NCBI GenBank assembly: GCA_964016885.1
Contig: OZ024741.1
Span: 278,504,001 to 278,568,000 of the forward strand
DNA from: Eledone cirrhosa
Lineage: Eukaryota
Length of the DNA: 64,000 nucleotides
Reading direction: 5' to 3'
Positions within the stretch are counted from its first letter, which is position 1. Each line of letters opens with the position of its first letter. The position numbers and the translations under genes were made by a program. Shown here in pieces: positions 25,870 to 35,656 of this stretch. A model generated the notes under the pieces. The model worked only from the letters and a program-made list of their open reading frames with translations, was not told the DNA's origin and searched no databases.

Positions 25870-26450
25870 GGAGTGACGCAATGAAAAAGTACCCAGTCCA
25901 CCCTGTAAAGTGGTCTTGTTGGTGACACAACAAAAAGCACCCGATCCACCCTGTAAAGTGGTCGTGTTAGTGATACAACAAAAAGCACCTGATCCACTCT
26001 GTAAAGTGGTTGAGCTGGTGACACGATGAAAATATACCTAGTTCAGCTTGTCAGTTCGTCATTTTTGTGACATAACAAAAAGCATCTAGTTCACCTAGTA
26101 AGAAGGTTGTGATGGTGACATGACAAAAAGCACCTGGTCTATCCTGTAAAGGAGTTGTATTAGTGACACAAAAAAGCTCCGGTCCACCCTGTACAGTGTT
26201 CATGCTGGTGACATGATGAAAAAGTACCCAGTTCATCCTGTCAATTGGTCATTTTGGTGTCATGATAAAAAGCACCCAATCCACACTGTAAATGTGGTTG
26301 GCGTTAGGAAGGGCATCCCGCTGTAGAATCTAGGCCAGAAACAGTTCTACATGAGCAAGGCATGGTCACCTGATCTGACTTGTCTCAATATGGGACAGCT
26401 TATCTAACACATGCTAGCGTGGAAAATGGATGTTAAACGATGATGATGAT
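25870..26450 (+). repeat. RTE-3'UTR-derived unit with about 9 tandem ~48-bp repeats
   Basis: Units gtgaca-caaaaagcacc-g-tccaccctgtaaagtgg, followed by the gcgttaggaagggcatcc...(gat)n tail. Confidence 0.75.
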
Positions 26451-26594
26451 TAAAGTACCAATTTGAGAGAGAAAAGAACACCAAATCCACTGACATTAGT
26501 GAATCTGTTGTTCTTTTCTCTCTCAAATTGGTGCTTATAATGTTTAAACTATTAACATCCTGTAATGATTTAGCAGAAAATATCTAAAATAATG

Positions 26595-26834
26595 TGAAGG
26601 TACGTGGCTTTGTGGTTAGAGCGTCAGATTCACATTCATGAGGTTTTGAGGTTGATTCCTGGACCGGGTGATGTGTTATGTTCTTGAGCAAGTCACTTTA
26701 TTTCACATTGCTCCAGTTCACTCAGCTGGTACCAAGCTGTCTTCCACAAAAACACTTGCCCAGACTTTTGTCACGGAAGGGAAACTTTCTAGGTGCATAT
26801 CCCATGGTCATTTGTGACCGAAGGGGGTCTTCAC
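26595..26834 (+). mobile_element. tRNA-like SINE, family 2, with 11-bp target-site duplication
   Basis: Head gtggctttgtggttagagcg...ggttgattcctgg. TSD ctaaaataatg at 26584-26594 and 26835-26845. Relatives at 18880-19022 (-), 8065-8165 (-) and 62015-62125 (+). Confidence 0.8.
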
Positions 26835-27062
26835 CTAAAATAATGGGTTTGTTGGTTCAAATGTTTATATGATCTTTATTACTAGATAGATCAGTGTAAA
26901 ACTTAGTTGTAAATTAAAGAAAGACTTCAATTTCTAATGTGATGCAGTCATAGTGCAGCTTTGTAGTTTTGTTAGGAATGTTTTGCTAATGTGGTTTCAT
27001 GTAGTACAAGATGCTAAGTGTTGAAATAAATAACTTGAAATAAATAAGATATTTGTGTGTAG

Positions 27063-27188
27063 GTAAAGAAAAATGTAATGGAAAATGAAGCTATTGCAAA
27101 ACACAAAGCTGATGAAACAGAATCAGTTGCTATGGATGCTCAAGAAGATTTAGATGAAGCATTACCAGCTCTTGAAGGGGCCATACAG
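27063..27188 (+). CDS. DNAH6: Dynein heavy chain exon E (stalk CC1)
   Basis: tgtag|GTA acceptor, CAG|gttggt donor. [42 protein letters not shown]. Confidence 0.9.
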
Positions 27189-27843
27189 GTTGGTAATATC
27201 AAGCATTTTGTTAAAAATCTACATTTCTTTGGTGTTGTTAGTTTTGATATACAAGGTGTATAAAAATGTGTAATGGTGTTGTGAAAGCATACATGTAGGT
27301 ATTAAAAATTATAAATATCTTAAAATCTTAAACTCCATATTTTTGGATTATATGTTTTTTGACTGTATGTGTTCAAACTCTACAATTCTATACTCAATGC
27401 TTCTATACTTTCTATCCATGGGCGATATATTCTATTGCATGAACATTATGACTAGTATTATAAAGCTTTTTGCCTAAAATCAATATATCTTTTGATATTT
27501 ATAATTTTTTATACCTACATGTATGCTTTCACGACACCATTTTCTTACATTTAGTGCATGTACTCTATTGTAATTAATAATTTTGATATAATATTCTTGC
27601 TATAATATTCTTATTATAATTTTTTGCTATAAGTAAAAACCATATCCTTATATATAACATATACCTCCTACTATTTATAATTTTTCATTATAATATTTCA
27701 TTACTATTTTGATACCTGTTCAACTTTCTTTTGCTCTTGCTCTTTAATATATTGGGATTAACACTTATAATTAGTCTTCTCACATATAATGTATCCTGCT
27801 AAATGTTCTAATGATTAGGAATATATTTGTTTAACCTTTTATA

Positions 27844-27890
27844 TGCTCCGATGATTCCAGACGTATATCTAGATGAAACGATTGTAAGCA
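27844..27890 (+). ncRNA. Type I hammerhead ribozyme motif with mutated core
   Basis: tgct-CCGATGA-ttccagacgtatatctagat-GAAAC-gatt-GTA-agca. Stem I tgct/agca. Core has C in place of the conserved U. (TA)n begins ~45 nt downstream. Confidence 0.6.
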
Positions 27891-27928
27891 ATTAAATGCC
27901 TTAAACACAATTTGATTGTTATTTATGT

Positions 27929-27968
<40 letters not shown>

Positions 27969-28164
27969 GAACACTGGAAGGTAATATCCGTAGTGGTAGA
28001 GCACTCAATCCATGGGACGAGTTTGGTAGAAGTAGTAACACAACAGTTACTTCACCATACCGATAACAATTTTTTCACTTTATGCGGATCTTCAGCTCGG
28101 ACTGGTAATGGTTATACGGAACAGGAAAAATAACTGTATGAACGCGCATGTGCAGAAACGGTTA

Positions 28165-29995
28165 CTCCACCCATGCTAATCTGATCACCTAGGTACCAGA
28201 AGCTATCAACCGCTTCTATAGAACCCACCTGCATTTGAAAAATGTGTCTATCACTGCGATTACTATTGCCAACTTCCCCTGTACGTCTACTGCATACATA
28301 GTTTTCTCTACCTGTTAGTTTGCCTGCTATCCCACTACATCTCTTGTGTACCCAAGATCTGCATTGCGTACATTTTATAGAATTTATGCCTGTTCCTTTT
28401 CTACATATCGAACATAGCCATTTCCCTGATGGAATCAGAGTTTTGTCCTCTCTTCTACATATCAACACTTTTGTCTTAGCTATGTTCACTCTTAGTCCTC
28501 TTGATTCCAACTGCTATTTCCATAGCCAGAATTTCTTCTCTAGCTCTTCTACTGATTATGCTATATGAACCAGATCATCAGCATAGAGAAATTCCCATGG
28601 GCAGCCAGTCTTAAACTCCTCTTATGGGTTGGAGGACTATAATGAACAAGTGCGGGCTGAGGACCGAACCCTGATATACACCTACTTGTATCTGGAATTC
28701 CTCACTAAACTACATTCCGACTCTCACTTTACTGACAGCACCCCTGTACATAGCTTGCACTGTCTTCACAAGCCATTCCTCTACACCTAGTTTCCTTAGG
28801 GACCACCAGATGACAGATCAGGGTACCCTATCAAAGGCCTTCTCTAGGTCAACAAAAACTAAGTATAGTGGCTTATTCTTTCCTAAGAACTTCTCTTGTA
28901 GTTGTCTCACTAAGAAAAGGGCATCTGTTGTACTTCTCCCAGGCACAAAACCAAACTGCATCTCATATAATTTGACCCTTTCTCTAATAAGTTGCACTAA
29001 TATTCTGCCACTTTCATAACCTGATCCATCAGCTTTATGTCCCTATAATCGCTCTTCTGCAGAGCATCCCCTTTGCCTTTGTAGCAATTTATGAGAATAC
29101 TGCTGCACCAGTCTTTGAGTATGACACTGCCATATATAGCTTGATTGATGATGCGAGCAACCAGTTTAGTGCCTACTTCTCCTGATGCCTTCAACATCCC
29201 AGCAACTATCCCTGACGGTCCAGCAGCCTTACCATTTTTCATTTTCTTAATTGCCTCTTGGACCCTATATTCATCAATCTCAATAGCTGGTCCCTCTGTC
29301 GGGTCTACTGGGGGTAATTTCTCTCTCTCCCATTCATTCCCCACATTTATCAGTCTCTCATAATGACATTTCCATTTTTTTTATCATTCGTGACACTAAG
29401 TACACTGGCATCATTCCGGACGCACTTGTCTCCAACAACATCCTGATTTGCACTGACACATTGCCTTGCAATGCGGAACACTGCATGTCTCTGATTTTCC
29501 CATCGCAGAACATTGGCAAACCTCCTACTCTCAGCCTCCCTGCATGCTAAGTACAACTGACGTCTAGCTTCTCTCTTAGTGGCTATGTATCCTTTTTTAC
29601 TCCCACCATTTTCCAAGCGTTCCATGCTAGTCTTTTGTCTCTAATGGCCCTATCTACTGTGCTGTTCCACCACCAGGTCACTCTCGGTTCTTGGTTGGAG
29701 CTCATCAGTAGCCTGCAGTAAGTTGTCACGTAAGAAATTCCAGTTATTATCTATGTCATACGACTCTAAATTGTCTTCTTTTTCGTCATACACATCTTGA
29801 AAGGCTTTCCTAAATTTATATTTTAGTGAAAGGTCTTTTAGCTTCCAGATCTTTCTTTTCCACACCTTCCTGTATGTCTCATTCTGTCTCTTGCTTACTG
29901 AAATGTCACTAACGACTAACCTATGCTGTGGGGTACAATCTTCCCAGGGATATGCCTTAGTATTTGACACCATCTGTCTGTCTTGCTGTCTAACT
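28165..29995 (-). mobile_element. Decayed RTE LINE (EN-RT linker, RT, PHD-type finger)
   Basis: Fragments CTPQHRLVVSD, KMKNGKAAGPSGI, CYKGKGDAL, SGKWLCSICRKG with stops and frameshifts. 29370-29995 is closely similar to 4150-4790. Confidence 0.88.
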
Positions 29996-30578
29996 TTCAA
30001 TAGAAAGTCTGAATTGTGACACCCCAGCACATCAGCCATACTTACTGAATCAGAACAATTCTCTCCATCCCTTTTTTCTTGATCATCATCTTTTGTTTGG
30101 CACAAAATTCTCTAAATGGCTACAAAGCACTCCCAAATATGAACTGCTGTGAAATTTAATGTACTTATTCATGTGACAGTCATAACCAATCAAATTACAT
30201 TTATAGAAAAACAATTTTTTGAGCCACTTTTTTAAGTGAAAAGAACCCTCAGTTTCCTGCATATGAGTGATAAATGGCCGGCTTTGCCAAATTCAAATAA
30301 AAAAGAAAATTTTTTTCAGAAAAACTCAGATTACATTTATTGTATTCAGTCATGTAGAGCGAAAATTTTCTTTTTTATTTGAATTTGGAAAAGCCGGCCA
30401 TTTATCGCTCGTATACAGGGAACTGACCGACCAGTCTGCTGATATGCAAATCTGGCTGATCAGTAGATCTGCTAATATGCAGATCTGACTAATCAGCCAG
30501 TCTGCTAATATGCAAATCAGGCCGATCAGTCACTGTGTATTTTTGAAAATAGCATATATTTTCACTAGCTCTGATAGT

Positions 30579-30658
30579 TTGGCAGGTGAACAGTGAGCTG
30601 TACTGATGAAGGGTGATACCCAGAAACATTAGTGTCTGCAGTTCTGTTCACATGCCAA
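30579..30658 (+). ncRNA. Type I hammerhead ribozyme with long stem I
   Basis: ttggcaggtgaaca-gt-gagctgta CTGATGA a gggt gat accc a GAAAC attagt GTC tgcagttc-tgttcacatgccaa. Stem I ~21 bp, stem II 4 bp, stem III aca/tgt. Predicted cut after 30636. Confidence 0.85.
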
Positions 30659-30821
30659 CACAAGAGCAAGAATGAAGGGATCATTCTACTGACATGGCTA
30701 TAAAATTCAATTTGTTTGCATAATTGCAAACAAATTGAATGTTATTATTAATATTCGAAAAACTCAGATTACATTTATATATGTATATATATATGTATAT
30801 ATATGTATATATATATATGTG

Positions 30822-30860
<39 letters not shown>

Positions 30861-30874
30861 TATGTATGTATATG

Positions 30875-30905
<31 letters not shown>

Positions 30906-30913
30906 TATGTATG

Positions 30914-30960
<47 letters not shown>

Positions 30961-30968
30961 TATGTATG

Positions 30969-31009
<41 letters not shown>

Positions 31010-31011
<2 letters not shown>

Positions 31012-31190
31012 CTACTTTTGGCACAAGGCCAGCAATTATCCCAGTGCATTACTGGTACTTTATTTTATCAACCCCGTAAGGATGAAAGGCAAAGTTAACC
31101 TCGGTGGGATTTGAACTCAGAATGGCAAGGGCCGTAACTCTTTGCGTCAAAGCATGGCGTCCGACCCTCTACCGATGCTGCCAATCCACA
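31010..31190 (-). mobile_element. tRNA-like SINE, family 1
   Basis: Reverse complement of the 19764-19950 type. Confidence 0.8.
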
Positions 31191-31210
31191 TATATATATG
31201 TATGTATATG

Positions 31211-31277
<67 letters not shown>

Positions 31278-31404
31278 ATGTATATATATATATATATAAG
31301 AATTAAAATACTAGAGTGTGTTGGAGTTAAATACCCTCTTTGTAATTAAACAGAGCCGAAGAATTATGAAAATAAACCAAAGAAACCTTCAATACATCAA
31401 AAGT

Positions 31405-31458
31405 CTTTATTAGCCAACAATGTTTCGTCCTATTAAGGACTCATCAGGGCAATTAAAG
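31405..31458 (-). ncRNA. Minimal type I hammerhead in the 3' pseudo-LTR of Penelope 1
   Basis: Exact reverse complement of 35013-35066. Confidence 0.85.
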
Positions 31459-34400
31459 CTATAAGAAGCACTATCAGCCAATACAAGCCCAAAACTCAGA
31501 AGAATATGGAGTGTACATACATTAAAGCATAGGAAAATTAACGGGTAAAAATTATCAAGTAAAAATTGCTAAGGAAGTGAATAACATTTTGAACCATATT
31601 ACAAATATAGTCCAATGCAAAAACTAAAGCTAAACAAAAGTGGTGATATAGAGCGGGAATTATTGTACTATATATAATATAATATAATATAATATAATAT
31701 AATATAATTGATAATGATAATAATAATAATATTAAAAGGCCCGATATACATATATATATATATACATATGTACACATATATACATATATATCAATACACA
31801 TTTCCATCAATACAAGCACAAACTAACCCTTATTAAGAGTTTAAATATAAATAAGAATAATAAGAATAAAAATAAAAATAAAAATATAATACATATATTA
31901 TTTACAGTATAAAATGAAGAAGAAATGATTAAAAGTAAACATATAATATATAATAAACTACATAATTATATAATAGATAATCACCAGTTAATTTGCACAA
32001 ACAATATAAATGTTACAATAACACTATAATAACAATATTATAATATAATGGCATATAACTTAACAAATCATATAGAGTTACAGACCAGGTGAGAAAAAAA
32101 TATTGTACAGAACTAAATTATGTTGGAAAAATATCAAAACCATTGCAAGAAAACAAATGGAGGTCAAGTATCTATACAATTGGTGTAAATAAATATTATC
32201 CAAACATTACAAAAATTATAAAAATATAAACATATTACAGAATTTACAAAATTTAACATAACATAATGGTACATTTAATAATCGGTAAATAATAAAGATC
32301 AATAGTACGTTTACAAAGAGTGGAATGATATAACAACTTCAATATAAAATATTGAACATATTATAATATACATAATTACGTGGTTGGTGGACAGACATTT
32401 GTGAATAAGTGAATAAGAACCAGACAGAAAACTACGTATGGTAGTATAAATATATAAATAAAATCAACCGGAAATCGAAAAACAAAAACAAAAGTATTTA
32501 CTTAGGTGTCATATGCAGTTAAGTAAAAAATTTAGGAAACACACCCAGATAAATGACTAGAAAACCCTATTAAATTAATTAATATTGAAAGTATTTAAAA
32601 TACATAATAAGTCAATACAAAATTAGCTATGGATTAAGTAATCAAAATCTCCAAAGTTTAAGATATCACTATAAAAATATCTAGAAAAGAATGAAATATT
32701 CTACTATCAGTTGAATAACGTTATCTAATAAACGGACTTTAAATAGAATTATGGTAGGCCAATGGGGACAGAAAAAAGAAATGTATGAAGGATATGAAGG
32801 AGCATAAAATCATAATCAATATACTGTATTATACAATAGAAAGGAGCATAAAAGGGAATTGAATATAATTATAGTATATTTGAAGGGGCGAATGACAAGT
32901 GTGTGTGTGTGTGGGAGGGGGGGGGGTTAATTATCCAAAGAAGAATCCAAATAAAATAAAATAAAATAATATAAAATAAAATATATAATCAGATATAAAC
33001 TCATAAGGTGTTAATAGTGAAAATATAATATTTAAGAAGATAGATATGGTATGGTAGCCAAAAGACTATGAAAGCTAGAATGAAAAGCTGTTAAAAACCA
33101 ATAATAATAATGATGATAATGATGGTGGTGAACCTAAACTAAAAAGATAAGGGAATATAGCAGCTAATGGATACAATTTACACTACTAGAACCTTTAGGT
33201 TTATAATAAAAGTAAGAATTTGAAATGGCATGGGGGCAAGAAGAGAATATCTCAGACTTTCTATTAAGTAAGGTTTCCCTAGAGAAAATTATAGAATGGG
33301 TCTCAAGGATACAGAGATAACAAAATTTAGTATGTGTTGAAAGATTATTAGAGCGTGCTACTATTCGCCAATTAAGGTTATATGGTATATTAGCCCCCTT
33401 AAGATCCCAGATATGGTGTGCTAAAGAAGTAGAATTCTTAAACTTAACATGTTTAAAATTAGAGATATGAGAATTAAACCTAGTCTTAAAAGTGTTAGAT
33501 GTAGAGCCTATATATGTGCTATTAGAGGAATTAGTTTTAACTACACAAGCATAAACGATGTTCTTAGAGAGGCAGTTACCATTTAAAGGGCAGTTAGCAC
33601 TCACTCTACAGTTACACTTCCGGGTGCTATTGATCGGCTGAAGTAGTGATGCATCACACGTAGGGTTACTATGAGATAAGGTCTGCTCAGGTGGTAAGGC
33701 ATTTATGAATCTATTCAGACTAGTAGTACGTAGAGAGGAGTATCCATCCCTAATTTTCCCATTGTTAGTGCTAGCTAAATGAGAACTAATATTAGGGGTG
33801 GTAGTGAATGAAAGTTTAATTACATTTTTATTAAAAATACTATGGTATTTATTAGTAGGAGGGAAATTTTTCTCTAAGATAGAAAAGAAAGACCTAGGGA
33901 TGTTAGTTAATACTTCCTGATTATATGGCGGGTTAAAATAAGTATTTAGTCTCCTTCTATTTTTATCCTTACCAACTCTACCGTTATCTAATATCCCATT
34001 ATTAAGATTTGGGTTACTACAAGGACTAGTTAAAACCACATTATTAGAATCATCCGAAACTCCATTACGTCTCTTTCTGTTTCTACCTTTAGTATATCTG
34101 CTGCTATCTGGAATCATATCAAAAGGATTAGGGCTAATAATAGGATCAGTAGAAACAACACTATTAGAATTAGATTTAGCAAAAGCATTACCACTGAGTG
34201 AGCGCTCAGAGGGCTCGACTTGATTCCTAGAAGTATTAGATTCCCTATTACGAGTCCGGTGGCTTAACTTATGGATGGGTTCAGATACACCTATGTGATT
34301 TCTACGATTCTTATGCTTTCTACTCCCATTCATGGCCATATTATGGGATATTATGTTATTATTATTATAAGTAAGCAGAGACTTTCTAAGGTTACTATTA

Positions 34401-35012
34401 TTATAATGTATTTTACCAGAGTAACCGGAGTTAGCTAGGGCATTATTATAGTACTCTGCATGTGCATTAAATGTTCCTACGTCCTTAGAGAGTGTGGAAA
34501 TCCTATTAGATACACCATTAATTATAGAGCTTATAGATTTGGGGTGGTTAGAATTGGGACTAACATAAGAGAGTATTTCATTAGGCTTATGGAAGGGTTT
34601 AAAACTATTAGTGACCAAGTCCAAAGTCACATCTAAAAAGTTGACCACTCTATCGTTTCTATCTATCGTGATCGAAAGGTTATAGCTTTTAAAAAACTTA
34701 TAAAGCTTCTTATTATTATGCTCGACGTTGTTGGTGCTAGAGTTAATCACAAACAATGCATTGTCACGATAAAGTCCGCCTTTAAGGTGCGGAAAGGTAA
34801 CATATAGTTCATTTAGGAGGAACAGCCCAACAAGATCAGTTACCTGGGGCGAATCACTCGAACCCATTGTAACGTCGAAATTGTTGGGCGTGTTTTCCTT
34901 AGCAATTTTTACTTGATAATTTTTACCAGATAATTTTCCTATGCTTTAATGTATGTACACTCCATATTCTTCTGAGTTTTTGGCTTGTATTGGCCGATAG
35001 TGCTTCTTATAG

Positions 35013-35066
35013 CTTTAATTGCCCTGATGAGTCCTTAATAGGACGAAACATTGTTGGCTAATAAAG
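35013..35066 (+). ncRNA. Minimal type I hammerhead in the inverted pseudo-LTR of Penelope 1
   Basis: ctttaattgcc CTGATGA gtcc ttaata ggac GAAAC att GTT ggctaataaag. Intact core, perfect 4-bp stem II, GUU triplet. Confidence 0.85.
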
Positions 35067-35129
35067 ACTTTTGATGTATTGAAGGCTTCTTTGGTTTATT
35101 TTCATAATATATATATATATATATATAAT

Positions 35130-35551
35130 ATAATATAAGATCAAAAGATGGTTAAAGGAGTTCCATATATTTTATTATGCGCATTTCAAAAACAAACATC
35201 ATCAAGCAATAATATTTGTGTTTTCATCAGATAAAACAGGAGAACATGATATGAAGGCTAAAAAACACTTGTGGATAGTGCAGTTTTAAATCAACATATG
35301 TTGATTTAAAACTGCACTATCCACAAGTGTTTTTTAGCCTTCATATCATGTTCTCCTGTTTTATCTGATGAAAACACAAATATTATTGCTTGATGATGTT
35401 TGTTTTTGAAATGCGCATAATAAAATATATGGAACTCCTTTAACCATCTTTTGATCTTATATTATGCATACTCCAGTCCCACAAACTGTAGAGTGCTTCT
35501 TATCCAATATCTGCATTGCTTTATTGTACTACAATAAAACTCACCTCCTAC
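35130..35551 (+). mobile_element. ORF-less fold-back unit: perfect 336-bp palindrome plus 86-bp tail
   Basis: Arms 35130-35297 / 35298-35465, no spacer, no mismatch seen. Tail 35466-35551. (TA)n flanks. Confidence 0.8.
35358..35426 (+). ncRNA. Type I hammerhead ribozyme (mirror copy on - strand at 35169-35237)
   Basis: gttttat CTGATGA aaacacaaatattatt-gctt-gatgatgtttgttttt GAAAT gcgc ATA ataaaat. 16-bp G:U-rich stem II, self-complementary stem III ATGCGCAT. Confidence 0.8.
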
Positions 35552-35587
35552 ATATATATATAATATATATATATATGTATGTATATG

Positions 35588-35634
<47 letters not shown>

Positions 35635-35656
35635 ATGTATATATATATATATATAT

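Larger units (their letters stand above)
31298..35108 (-). mobile_element. Penelope-like retroelement 1, 5'-truncated, with inverted pseudo-LTRs
   Basis: ORF 33164-34867: RT C-half (FDVTMGS..VTDLVG, LYRDN, VNFLDVT), CNC..CP..C motif, GIY-YIG-type nuclease (NIVY..YIGST..FK.R..H). 214-bp inverted repeats 31363-31576 / 34895-35108 with about 5 differences. Unpaired ~65-bp 3' tail. (TA)n on both sides. Confidence 0.92.

Noticed and set aside
24625-26300. CRISPR-like repeat arrays
   Set aside because: Units are contiguous degenerate copies of an RTE 3' UTR segment. There are no unique spacers or cas genes, and the context is eukaryotic.
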